Positions 37,539-46,862 of a stretch of 64,000 nucleotides of DNA are shown here, in pieces. The position numbers and the translations under genes are program-made. Every line of letters starts with the position of its first letter. Position 1 is the stretch's first letter. The stretch comes from a bacterium (GTDB lineage: Bacteria; Patescibacteriota; Minisyncoccia; Phycocordibacterales; CAIZLB01). The stretch lies in NCBI GenBank assembly GCA_043745355.1, contig JAYTSY010000011.1, forward strand, positions 16,822 to 80,821, given 5' to 3'. A model generated the notes under the pieces. That model ran no database searches and was not told the origin of the DNA. It worked only from the letters and a program-made list of their open reading frames with translations.

Positions 37539-38738
37539 TTAAAATTCGGTGACGTTAGGATTCATACTGCACACTGCACTTTTTGAAACGCTGACACCTT
37601 TTGAGTTTTGGCAGGTCATCTTATAGCTTGCAGTGTGTGTGATTGGAGGTGTAAGGGAGTTTCTACTTGAAATATCTACGTCAAAAGGACTCGAATAACC
37701 TGCGCCTGTAATGTTACAAGCCGAGGCGTTTGTAACTACCCACACCATCTTGCAACTGTCATTTTTATTGACGATGCCCGGTGACATAGAAAAACTATTT
37801 ATTTCTGGTGGAGGTACGACAACCGGACACACGCTCGTTGATGGAATGACCGAACCGTCAGGGCAAGTGATTGTTGTAACCCCCTCGCAAGTTCCATTGG
37901 TTGTGGCAGATTTTGTAACTGATGGGATACTTTCTGTTGCAACGCCACCGCTTGTGACAAATGAAGTCACATAGAATGAATAATTAGTTCCACCAATGCC
38001 TGTAAACGTATAATCTACGATTCCACTTGCTGAGTAAATTGGACCATTTTTTACTAAGACAGAACCCGCTGCGGAGCTTTTGGAGTACACGTAGTATCCC
38101 GTGGCTCCGGAAACTGCATTCCAATGCATATTGACCTTACCGCAATCGCTACCTGTCTCTACAGTAAATCCATCTGGTGTGCCAGGTGGGACAACAGCCG
38201 CTCCAAATGTCACTCCACTAAAATCTACCCAACCGACAACGTTAGACCCCCATGCATAACCCCCGAAAGTTTTTGTGCCTCCGTCAAAAGTGACACCATC
38301 AAGACTGATCCAACCATCGAAGCCGTCAGTCCGTCCTGCACTTTGACAATCCTTATTTGTAGTGCCTGTACAGACGCGCGCCCACCCGCTCAAACCAGAA
38401 AGATTCATAGTTGCTGTACAACCGCTACCTCCAGCAGGACAACCACCGAGATCAGTCTGATTGAAACTTACCCAGCCAACGTTTGAGGACCATGCATAAC
38501 CTGAAATATTACCTGTTGAGTCAACAGTAACTCCATTCATATCAATCCACCCAATATTTGAGGACCAGGCATATCCATTGAGAGCACCGCTCGGAACAGT
38601 TGTCTGTGCTTTTGTGGGAGATGACACTAATGAGAAATATATGACAAGGCTCGCGATAAAAAGACCAAAGACCGCTCCCATAATTGCCTTCCCCGCGTGT
38701 GGTGCTTTCATTAAAATAATTGTACCACGAGTATGCAC
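37539..38738 (-). CDS. Secreted repeat protein (3x GYAW(S/G)SN(I/V)GW motif) with an FN3-like domain
   Basis: Signal/TM at N-terminus; repeats GYAWSSNIGWIDMNGV, GYAWSSNVGWVSFN and GYAWGSNVVGWVDFSGV; PGTPDGFTVE...YYVYSKS is FN3-like. Confidence 0.5.
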   Translation of the reverse strand: MHTRGTIILMKAPHAGKAIMGAVFGLFIASLVIYFSLVSSPTKAQTTVPSGALNGYAWSSNIGWIDMNGVTVDSTGNISGYAWSSNVGWVSFNQTDLGGCPAGGSGCTATMNLSGLSGWARVCTGTTNKDCQSAGRTDGFDGWISLDGVTFDGGTKTFGGYAWGSNVVGWVDFSGVTFGAAVVPPGTPDGFTVETGSDCGKVNMHWNAVSGATGYYVYSKSSAAGSVLVKNGPIYSASGIVDYTFTGIGGTNYSFYVTSFVTSGGVATESIPSVTKSATTNGTCEGVTTITCPDGSVIPSTSVCPVVVPPPEINSFSMSPGIVNKNDSCKMVWVVTNASACNITGAGYSSPFDVDISSRNSLTPPITHTASYKMTCQNSKGVSVSKSAVCSMNPNVTEF

Positions 38739-38762
38739 GTGGAAAATTGCCGCTGTTGATAA

Positions 38763-40742
38763 CTAACGTACTTGCCAACCTTCTTTTAAATTCATTTCTT
38801 CCGTTATTTTATTCATGATTTTATTTGCTTCATCATCAGTGAGAGTACGATCAGTTGCTTGGAATACAAGGCGGAAGGCGTATGAGGTGCGGACCGGCTC
38901 ACCTTCTTTTCTCTTGGTAAACGTATCGAAGAGTCCGGTCCGCACCAACAAATCACTTCCGTGGGATTCAATAATGGAAAGTGGTTCATGCTCATTACCT
39001 ACTTCCCCAGGAACAAACACTGCAATGTCGCGCACCATAAAAGGAAAGGCTGATATCTTTTTGAATGTTGTATGCGAAAGTGGCGGGAATGCAATAATCG
39101 CGTCCAGCGCAGGCTCTGGTAGCGCATCGATCACTTTTCCGAGATCGAATTCCATTACTCCATCAATTCTATTTATTTCGCCAATCGATTTATTGTCCAG
39201 TATGATAATTCCTCCAGTATCGTCGATCGTGCACGTTGTCTGAATATTTGTGCCCAATGATTCAATGAGATGTTCACGGATATTGCGGACCTGTTCATTG
39301 ACCGAATCCCCCTTCGTTTTTTTTGGCTCCGCGATGCCCACTGCTAATGACCAACGTTCTTTTTTGTCTTTAAAAACTTTTCCAATCTCGAATATCTTGA
39401 CGCTGGATTCTCCGATCATATCTATTTTACGCAAATTAAATTCAAATTTTTCTACGATAGTTGATGACAGATCATTTCGTAGACTGCCCCGCTCAATATT
39501 CAATGGATTTTCCAGAATCATGTCCCCTCCATCCTTCAATGTATACGTATAAATCTCAGAAAACCCTTTGTCTACAAGATATTTTCTTGCGAGATTCATA
39601 TAATAAAAATTCTTATTTTGTGGCTGATCAAATTCAGGTGTTGGAATACGCACTGGCACATTTTCATATCCATAGAGTCGACCGATTTCATCTGCAATAT
39701 CCTCGATAGCACGTAAATCAGGACGATAAACTGGGACGGTCAATGACAATATATCAGCAGTCTTTTTGTCTACACCAATCTTGCACCATTTCAACATATC
39801 CATCATTTCATCGCTTGGAATGGAACAGCCGAGCAAAGTATTGATACGAGCCACGGAGACTTCGAAAATCCTTTCTGTAACGGGTGTGGAGTGAATATCA
39901 ACTATCTTTCCAAATGTGGCTTTTGGCAGATCCGCATAAATAAAACTGCACACCATATCCATCGCAAGCTCTGCGCGTTCAGGCGTCACATCATTCTCAA
40001 ACCGTTTTGATGATTCATTGCGAATGCCTACAGATTGTGATGTCCGTCTAATATTGGCCGCTTTAAAATTTGCCGCTTCGATGATGATTCGTTTTGTAGA
40101 TAGTGAAATCTCAGCGCGTTTGCCACCTTTGACGCCGGCGATGGCGAGCGGTCCGACCTCGTCGGCAATGACAAGCATCGCCGGCGTCAATTTCACTGTT
40201 GTTCCGTCGAGGATAACGATTTCCTCCCCTGCGTTCGCCGGTCGAACGACGATACCCCCTTCTACTTTGTCGGCGTCGAACGCATGGAGTGGCTGACCGG
40301 TATCAAGCATCACATAGTTGGTGTAATCAACAATATTATTTATAGAACGCTGGCCCACTGCTTCGAGTCGCTTCGTGAGCCATGCAGGCGACGCCACAAT
40401 ATCAATACTCTCGACGACGCGCCCCATGTATCGCCGACACAATTCATTATCTGAAATGGTGATTGAAACACTAGGCACACTACTTGAAACAGATACGACA
40501 ACGACTTCAGGCAAAATCATTTCTTCCCGAATAATCGCCCCGATCTCTTGTGCAATATAACGGTGTGACAAACAATAAGGACTTCGGTCGGGCAACACTT
40601 TTATATCAAAAATTGTATCGTCACCTTTTGTGTGAGTATCTTCCACTTCAAATGCCTTCATCGTTAAAAGCTCCACCAAATCAGATGGCTGTGGCAAGGT
40701 TTTTTTGAAATATGATTGAAGCCATTTATAAGAGACGATCAT
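38763..40742 (-). CDS. pheT: Phenylalanyl-tRNA synthetase beta subunit
   Basis: N-terminal IVSYKWLQSYF; B3/B4 and B5 regions; follows pheS. Confidence 0.9.
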   Translation of the reverse strand: MIVSYKWLQSYFKKTLPQPSDLVELLTMKAFEVEDTHTKGDDTIFDIKVLPDRSPYCLSHRYIAQEIGAIIREEMILPEVVVVSVSSSVPSVSITISDNELCRRYMGRVVESIDIVASPAWLTKRLEAVGQRSINNIVDYTNYVMLDTGQPLHAFDADKVEGGIVVRPANAGEEIVILDGTTVKLTPAMLVIADEVGPLAIAGVKGGKRAEISLSTKRIIIEAANFKAANIRRTSQSVGIRNESSKRFENDVTPERAELAMDMVCSFIYADLPKATFGKIVDIHSTPVTERIFEVSVARINTLLGCSIPSDEMMDMLKWCKIGVDKKTADILSLTVPVYRPDLRAIEDIADEIGRLYGYENVPVRIPTPEFDQPQNKNFYYMNLARKYLVDKGFSEIYTYTLKDGGDMILENPLNIERGSLRNDLSSTIVEKFEFNLRKIDMIGESSVKIFEIGKVFKDKKERWSLAVGIAEPKKTKGDSVNEQVRNIREHLIESLGTNIQTTCTIDDTGGIIILDNKSIGEINRIDGVMEFDLGKVIDALPEPALDAIIAFPPLSHTTFKKISAFPFMVRDIAVFVPGEVGNEHEPLSIIESHGSDLLVRTGLFDTFTKRKEGEPVRTSYAFRLVFQATDRTLTDDEANKIMNKITEEMNLKEGWQVR

Positions 40743-40751
40743 AAAAATAAA

Positions 40752-41468
40752 TTAAAATTGATTAACGAATCGCAGATCACCAGAATACATCAGGCGAATA
40801 TCGTCGATGGCATATTTGAGCATGACCATGCGATCGAGTCCCATTCCAAAAGCAAATCCACTCCACTCTGTTGAATCGATATTGCCTGCCTTCAAAACAT
40901 TTGGATGAACGAGGCCAGCCCCAAGTACTTCAAGCCATTTGCCTTTCCATCTAATATCAAGCTCTATGCCAGGTTCGACGAATGGAAAGAAACTTGGTCG
41001 AAAACGAAACTCAGTCGTCTTACCGAAAAACTCTTCAACGAAAAATTGCAGTGTGCCTTTTAAATCGCTCATCGAAACATCCTTGCCAACCATCAGCCCT
41101 TCAATTTGGTAAAATTCCGCTTCATGAGTTGCGTCTGTTGCCTCATTTCGAAACACTTTTCCTGGAGCAAGGATGCGAAACGGAGGTTTATGGGATTCCA
41201 TGTATCTGATTTGTACTGGCGATGTGTGAGTCCGTGGCAAAATTCGCTCCCCTTTTGGGCCCTGATCCTTCAACCAAAAAGTATCCTGCATATCACGAGA
41301 AGGGTGATCCTTGGCTGTCCCTAAGGCATCAAAATTGTAATATTCAGTCTCGACCTCAGGACCTTCCGCAACCGTGAAGCCCATTTTGGAGAAAATCCGA
41401 ACGATTTCGTTGATTACCTGTGTGGTCGGATGGAGGTGTCCGACTGTGGCCGATACGTTTTCTGTCAT
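40752..41468 (-). CDS. pheS: Phenylalanyl-tRNA synthetase alpha subunit (short form)
   Basis: FRILAPGKVFRNEATDATHEAEFYQIEGLMVG class II motifs. Start chosen at MTENVS (41468); the track's 41576 start would overlap the divergent GT2 gene. Confidence 0.85.
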   Translation of the reverse strand: MTENVSATVGHLHPTTQVINEIVRIFSKMGFTVAEGPEVETEYYNFDALGTAKDHPSRDMQDTFWLKDQGPKGERILPRTHTSPVQIRYMESHKPPFRILAPGKVFRNEATDATHEAEFYQIEGLMVGKDVSMSDLKGTLQFFVEEFFGKTTEFRFRPSFFPFVEPGIELDIRWKGKWLEVLGAGLVHPNVLKAGNIDSTEWSGFAFGMGLDRMVMLKYAIDDIRLMYSGDLRFVNQF

Positions 41469-41529
41469 AGGATAAAAGTATAGCGTATATTGATAAAAAT
41501 CGGAAATTGTGCAATAATATGGCCCTTCT

Positions 41530-42780
41530 ATGGGAATTGCCCTCACTCTCATTTCCTCGTCTCTCGTCTTCACCATGGTCTATTTTCAGGTCTTTTTACT
41601 CCTGACCATATTTGAAAGGGACGAAGACTCCGAACAAGCATCTTCGGCGTGTTTGACACGTAAGCCCACAATCACCATTTTGGTCCCCGTATTTAACGAA
41701 GAATTGACAGTCGAAAAGACCATCGAGTCATTGCTCAAGCTCGACTACCCAAAAGATAAGATATCCATCATGATCGTCGACGACGGATCGACTGATAATA
41801 CATGGAATGTCATCCAAAAATTCAAATCATTTCCTCATATCGTTTTTCATCAAAAAGAAAATGGTGGAAAATACACCGCCCTCAATTACGGAATCGAGCA
41901 TTGCGAATCTGAATTTATCGGATGCCTCGATGCCGATTCATTCGTCGATGCGCAAGCGCTAAACCATATTATTCCTTATTTTGATGATGCGGAAACCGTG
42001 GCAGTCACTCCGTCTCTAAAAATACTCAATCCTGACAATATTCTAGGGCTCATGCAAAACGCGGAATATAATATGGGTGTCTTCACCCGCAAAATGTTTA
42101 GTCTTCTTGATGCTCAATACGTCACACCCGGGCCATTCTCAATTTTCCGTAAAGAAATATTTAAAAAAGTGGGGTTGTATCGTCACGCACACAATACCGA
42201 AGACCTCGAAATGGCCCTTCGTTTACAAAAGCATCATTATAAAATAACCAATGCTCATAAAGCTGTAGTCTATACCGTTGGACCGCGCACTCTCTACAAA
42301 CTTTACAGACAGCGTGTGCGATGGACCAGTGGATTCATTCAAAATGTGATCGATTATCGTACTATTATTCTCAATCCAACATATGGAAACTTCGGCGTGC
42401 TTATTCTTCCCGCGGCAATCTATAGTATTCTCGGAACACTCATATTTCTCACATATTCACTCTATAAAATCATCATCAGCGTCAATGATGAATATCATAA
42501 CTTGCAAAACATCAATTGGGATATCAAATGGAATTTTCATGTGGCGTTTTTTAATAGCAATTGGTGGTATTACAATGTTGAACCACGTTTTTTGCTTATT
42601 CTATTTACCAGTGCCATTATCGCCTTTGCAGTTTGGTATGGTAAAAGACTGACGGGGACCAAAGACAAAAAAATAGTGGATGTGCTCTTTTTTCTCCTGT
42701 TATATTCACTCGTTTCTCCCCTCTGGCTAATCACATCAGTTTATAATACAATCCGAAGACGCGATGCCGCATGGCGATAA
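41530..42780 (+). CDS. Processive family-2 glycosyltransferase (membrane-embedded, QxxRW type)
   Basis: ILVPVFNEE...IMIVDDGSTDNT; DAD; QRVRWTSG; TM helices at both ends. Confidence 0.75.
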   Translation: MGIALTLISSSLVFTMVYFQVFLLLTIFERDEDSEQASSACLTRKPTITILVPVFNEELTVEKTIESLLKLDYPKDKISIMIVDDGSTDNTWNVIQKFKSFPHIVFHQKENGGKYTALNYGIEHCESEFIGCLDADSFVDAQALNHIIPYFDDAETVAVTPSLKILNPDNILGLMQNAEYNMGVFTRKMFSLLDAQYVTPGPFSIFRKEIFKKVGLYRHAHNTEDLEMALRLQKHHYKITNAHKAVVYTVGPRTLYKLYRQRVRWTSGFIQNVIDYRTIILNPTYGNFGVLILPAAIYSILGTLIFLTYSLYKIIISVNDEYHNLQNINWDIKWNFHVAFFNSNWWYYNVEPRFLLILFTSAIIAFAVWYGKRLTGTKDKKIVDVLFFLLLYSLVSPLWLITSVYNTIRRRDAAWR

Positions 42781-42786
42781 CCTTTT

Positions 42787-43524
42787 ATGATCAACTCCCC
42801 CTCACGAAAATCACTTGATTGGAAGAAGTATATTCTGGCTTTTATCATTACAGCTGTCATCTTCGGCATAGGTATATATATCAATAATAAATTAGATCAG
42901 AAAAGATTCGCTGATATTCAGAATGTGCAGGATCAAATATCACTTGATTTGCTCTCGTCAGAGACGCAATTTGATCTCCTCAAGCAAAGTACTTGTACAA
43001 CGGACGGCAGTTCATCAATCCTCTCTCAAGAACTCAATTCCCTTAGCAGTAAACTCTCATATATGGAAGCCAATAGCGCAAATGGCACAAGCGGCGAACT
43101 CCTCAGTGTCAAGAAATACTACTCCCTGCTTGAGATCAAGGACTACTTACTGATGAAGCAACTGAGTACTGAGTGCAGATCAAAGCCGATCAGCGTGCTC
43201 TACTTTTATGGGAACAAAAATGACTGTCCCGAGTGCGAAAAAATGGGCTTTGTCCTGACTTATTTGCGTGAACAATATCCTGAGCTACGTATTTATTCTT
43301 TTGATAATAATCTCTCTCTTTCAGCCATTACGACCCTCAACTCTCTCTACAAAATTGACCGTCGTGCACTCCCCGCGCTTGTCATTGGAGACAAGACATA
43401 TGTTGGCTTCCGCGATATTAATGCGATCAAAGAACTCATTCCTCAATTGGTAAAAATAGACAAAGAGCGCGTGGCAAGCTCAACAAAGAGTAGACTAACA
43501 AATACCGCTTCTAGTACACAGTAG
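42787..43524 (+). CDS. Membrane-anchored thioredoxin-like thiol-disulfide oxidoreductase
   Basis: N-terminal TM; CPEC active-site motif; cis-Pro region ALPALVIGDKTYVGF. Confidence 0.55.
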   Translation: MINSPSRKSLDWKKYILAFIITAVIFGIGIYINNKLDQKRFADIQNVQDQISLDLLSSETQFDLLKQSTCTTDGSSSILSQELNSLSSKLSYMEANSANGTSGELLSVKKYYSLLEIKDYLLMKQLSTECRSKPISVLYFYGNKNDCPECEKMGFVLTYLREQYPELRIYSFDNNLSLSAITTLNSLYKIDRRALPALVIGDKTYVGFRDINAIKELIPQLVKIDKERVASSTKSRLTNTASSTQ

Positions 43525-43528
43525 ATAA

Positions 43529-44047
43529 TTATTGAGTCTTTTTAAATTTCAGAAAAACGGCCGTCGAAAACAATTTTTTAGTAGAATAATCTTGGGGTTT
43601 AAAAAATGAGGTGGCAAAAAACTTCTTCCCGCGAGGAGAAAGGATAGACCCTGAGGCATCCGTCAGTGTGGTTCCTGTCCCAGGCTGGTTTCCATAGGTA
43701 TAGTTATTAGTGATATCAACACATTCGGAATAGACTAAAATACTACAATACTCACCGCCGTTCGAGTATGTGCCGAGTTGATAAGTACCGCTCGTATTGT
43801 AATAACTATAAAATATTGACTGGCCGCTCTGCTCGTATAATGATAAGACGTTATTAGTTTTGTAATCAAGAACATATGTGGTATTACCTCCGCAATCGCA
43901 TACAGCTGCGCCCCAATGCAATATTTCCATACCTCCAAAGGCTGATTCCCCACTTGCACTTTGAGCGTGAGAAATAAGTGGAAAGATTAAAAAGACACTT
44001 CCTATTAATAGACCTGCGAATAATTTATTTTGAAGTAATTTATTCAT
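43529..44047 (-). CDS. Secreted hypothetical protein
   Basis: Signal peptide MNKLLQNKLFAGLLIGSVFLIFPLISHA. Confidence 0.4.
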   Translation of the reverse strand: MNKLLQNKLFAGLLIGSVFLIFPLISHAQSASGESAFGGMEILHWGAAVCDCGGNTTYVLDYKTNNVLSLYEQSGQSIFYSYYNTSGTYQLGTYSNGGEYCSILVYSECVDITNNYTYGNQPGTGTTLTDASGSILSPRGKKFFATSFFKPQDYSTKKLFSTAVFLKFKKTQ

Positions 44048-44050
44048 GAT

Positions 44051-44842
44051 TTATATACCAGTTAATAAATTAATTGTGGCAGTCACAGCATTGCTAGTTC
44101 CCTTCTCATTTTTGACAGATATCGCAACGGGAACATGATTACCATGCATGCCGTCTTTTTCTTCTGCAGATTTTGATACCTTTTCAAGAATGGCATCACG
44201 GATTCTTGGACTAAGTTTGCTCAAGTTTTCTTTTAATTTTGATGAAACGCTGCTACTGAAAGTAACTTCCATGTATGTACTGGAAGCTGCTATAACATTG
44301 GTATATCTATCGGGAAAATCTATTGAAAATAATACTGTATTTATCGGTGAAAAATTTCTTCCTGTGATACCAATTGTCTGCCCGTTTTGGAGAGTAGTCG
44401 TTGAAAGCGAAGTAATCACTGGAGCATCAACAGCAGATGGCACTTGTAGAGGTGGGGACGGAAATATGAATGGTACAGACACAGTGGGAATTGACAAAGA
44501 ATTCAACTTTTTTCTCGTCAAAGTGCCGACATACCCCGTACCATTTACCAGGCCTGATGGGACAAGTATTTCATTTCTATATAATTCTTGAAATTTTATA
44601 ACTGCTACCTTTGTGGCAGATCCAAAATATGATGTCTCAAAGCCTCGAGAACCGCGGCCCGTCAAAGAAACAGTCGTGGAAGCGTTGCTGTTTAAAATTT
44701 TCTGTAATGCTTGCACATCGGGACCGACATCGGTCATTCCAAGATTTCTGTAAAAAAGATCCCCTGCCGAAAGAGATGTAACGGGGAAAAAAACAATCGC
44801 AAGGCTGAGAAAAAACAATGAATGAAAGTACTTCATCTTCAT
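44051..44842 (-). CDS. Secreted protein with a peptidoglycan-binding domain
   Basis: Signal peptide; GMTDVGPDVQALQKILNS...YFGSATKVAVIKFQ is PG_binding_1-like. Confidence 0.5.
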   Translation of the reverse strand: MKMKYFHSLFFLSLAIVFFPVTSLSAGDLFYRNLGMTDVGPDVQALQKILNSNASTTVSLTGRGSRGFETSYFGSATKVAVIKFQELYRNEILVPSGLVNGTGYVGTLTRKKLNSLSIPTVSVPFIFPSPPLQVPSAVDAPVITSLSTTTLQNGQTIGITGRNFSPINTVLFSIDFPDRYTNVIAASSTYMEVTFSSSVSSKLKENLSKLSPRIRDAILEKVSKSAEEKDGMHGNHVPVAISVKNEKGTSNAVTATINLLTGI

Positions 44843-44884
44843 ACTCGAATTATACCATCATCTATAAAAAGGTGCCTGATTCTA

Positions 44885-44960
44885 TGGAGCCGCTTCTCAG
44901 ATTCGAACTGAGGACCTTCACTTTACAAAAGTGTTGCTCTACCAACTGAGCTAAAGCGGC
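44885..44960 (-). tRNA. tRNA-Thr (anticodon UGU)
   Basis: Minus strand GCCGCTTTAGCTCAGTTGGTAGAGCAACACTTTTGTAAAGTGAAGGTCCTCAGTTCGAATCTGAGAAGCGGCTCCA; 7-bp acceptor stem, GG in the D-loop, TTCGAAT T-loop, anticodon loop TTTGTAA, encoded CCA. Confidence 0.85.
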
Positions 44961-44971
44961 GCATTGCTATA

Positions 44972-45340
44972 CTACCTGATTTCCTTAACATCTTCAACAT
45001 TCTTGAGAAAGAATGATACTGAACCTCTATTCTTTGGAATATCCTTGCCTCGGACCATATCTCCAATTCTTCCGAATTTTTTGCCCAATTTGACAAAGAT
45101 GGCGAGGAAAAAATTCTCAAATGCTACGAGTAAGTTGTGTAGGGTATTTTTGAGAGACTTGTAACTTACGTGGGTAATCTGATACATCGTCCTTTCAAAC
45201 CACCACGAGAGGCGTGCGTCTCGCTCAGGGGTTGAAAGCGAGAACATAGCCTGTCCACCAGACAACTGCACAGACTTACTCCACAGGATTGCAATCATTC
45301 CGATGAACGATAGGAGGACAATAACGAGTGCAGTGATCAT
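44972..45340 (-). CDS. Hypothetical membrane protein
   Basis: N-terminal TM; no recognisable domain. Confidence 0.35.
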   Translation of the reverse strand: MITALVIVLLSFIGMIAILWSKSVQLSGGQAMFSLSTPERDARLSWWFERTMYQITHVSYKSLKNTLHNLLVAFENFFLAIFVKLGKKFGRIGDMVRGKDIPKNRGSVSFFLKNVEDVKEIR

Positions 45341-45354
45341 AAATGTTATGTGAT

Positions 45355-45951
45355 TTATTTAGAGAGAACGTTGAACCTTGTGAATCGGGCAACTTGGATC
45401 TTTTCTCCGAATTTCTGAGTCGCATTATCGATCAATTGCTGGATGGTGAGATCAGGATTCTTGATGAATGGCTGATCAAGCAAGATCATATCCTTGAAAT
45501 ATGCCTCGAGCTTGCCTGCGAGAATCTTTTCTACGAGATCAGCCGGCTTGCCCTTGACCTCCTCCTGAAAGACTTCCATCGCCTTTTCCTTGGCAGCTTC
45601 CGTTACTTGATCCTTGCTTGTAAAGTCAGGATTTGTTGCAGAGATGTGCATTGCTATGTCATACGCGAGAGATTTGAATCCCTCGTTCTTTGATACAAAA
45701 TCTGTCTCACATACGAGCTCAATCAATACACCTATAGTGTTGTTTGAATGAATATAAGCCTGAACGACACCCGCACCTAGCTCTCTGTCCCCTTTTTTGG
45801 CAGCAATTTCAGCGCCCTTCTTGCGAAGGAGCACAAGCGCCTTCTCTTCATCCCCGCCAGCTTCCTCGAGTGCCTTCTTGCACTGCATAACAGAAATGCC
45901 AGTCTTGTCTCGAAGTGCCTTGATTTGATCCATGTTGATTTCTGATGCCAT
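45355..45951 (-). CDS. tsf: Elongation factor Ts
   Basis: IKALRDKTGISVMQCKKALEEAGGDEEKALVLLRKKG UBA-like N-terminus; rpsB-tsf synteny. Confidence 0.9.
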   Translation of the reverse strand: MASEINMDQIKALRDKTGISVMQCKKALEEAGGDEEKALVLLRKKGAEIAAKKGDRELGAGVVQAYIHSNNTIGVLIELVCETDFVSKNEGFKSLAYDIAMHISATNPDFTSKDQVTEAAKEKAMEVFQEEVKGKPADLVEKILAGKLEAYFKDMILLDQPFIKNPDLTIQQLIDNATQKFGEKIQVARFTRFNVLSK

Positions 45952-46013
45952 AAATATAGGGGTTAGAAACTAAGTATACCGCGAAATAACAGCGGTTAAT
46001 AGGGGGCAATTAG

Positions 46014-46769
46014 CTAATTTGAAACAGTCGGCTTGACAGGCGTAGCAATTGGCGCTGGTGCGACAATTGATTTTTTGCCTTCTTGGTATGCTGCCGCGAT
46101 TGCTTTTGCGAAGTATTCAATACTTGAAATAGCTGCATCATTGGCGATAATTGGGTATTTGAGGAGACTGATATCACAATCTGACCCAGCGAGAGCAACA
46201 ACTGGAATCTTCATGTCACGAGCTTCAGCAACTGCGATAAATTCTTTCTTTGAGTCGATAACGAATAGTGCACCTGGAAGTTTGTCCATACTAGTAATAC
46301 CGTTGAAGAGCGCATTCAGTCGATCGATCTCTCGGTCAATCATAAGTCGCTCTTTCTTTGTGTACTTTGTGAGCTCGCCTTTCTCTCGCTGGCTCGTAAG
46401 GTCGAGAAGTTTTTCAACTCGCTTTCGAATGTTTCCGAAGTTTGTAAATGTTCCACCCACCCATCGAGATGCGACAAATGGCTGTCCAACGCTCTCAGCA
46501 GCGGCCTTTACGGCTTCTTTTGCTTCGCTCTTGCCTCCTGCAAAAACGACCTGCTTTCCAGAAGCTGCGATCTTCTTTACGAACTCAATAGCTGCCTGGA
46601 GCTGCTCTTCTGTCTTTTCGAGATTAAAAATCTCAACTTTGTTCTTTGTACCGAAAATAAACGGCTTCACTGTAGGGTGACGTCGTGATTTGATGAATCC
46701 GTAATGTGCGCCGACAGCAAACATTGCTTCAACGGCTGGGTCTGATGGCTTTTTTGTATGGTCTGACAT
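46014..46769 (-). CDS. rpsB: 30S ribosomal protein S2
   Basis: MFAVGAHYGFIKSRRHPTVKPFIFG... is S2-like; start at the internal ATG MSDHTKK. Confidence 0.9.
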   Translation of the reverse strand: MSDHTKKPSDPAVEAMFAVGAHYGFIKSRRHPTVKPFIFGTKNKVEIFNLEKTEEQLQAAIEFVKKIAASGKQVVFAGGKSEAKEAVKAAAESVGQPFVASRWVGGTFTNFGNIRKRVEKLLDLTSQREKGELTKYTKKERLMIDREIDRLNALFNGITSMDKLPGALFVIDSKKEFIAVAEARDMKIPVVALAGSDCDISLLKYPIIANDAAISSIEYFAKAIAAAYQEGKKSIVAPAPIATPVKPTVSN

Positions 46770-46814
46770 AGGTAAATGAGAGTTTAGCATAGAGGATGAC
46801 AGTGTGCAAATCAA

Positions 46815-46862
46815 AAACCCGCAGCATATGTCTGGTGCTGCGGGGGGTGTCTTTTGGCCAAC
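46815..46862 (-). terminator. Terminator hairpin cccgcagca...tgctgcggg plus T-run after the TrpF-like gene
   Basis: 9-bp stem with a T-run on the minus strand. Confidence 0.45.

Noticed and set aside
41469-41576. Longer pheS start at 41576 (MVKTRDEEMRVRAIP...)
   Set aside because: It would overlap the divergent GT2 gene start by 47 nt. The upstream 36 residues are atypical for PheS and the ATG at 41468 gives a standard short-form alpha subunit. Kept as a lower-probability alternative.
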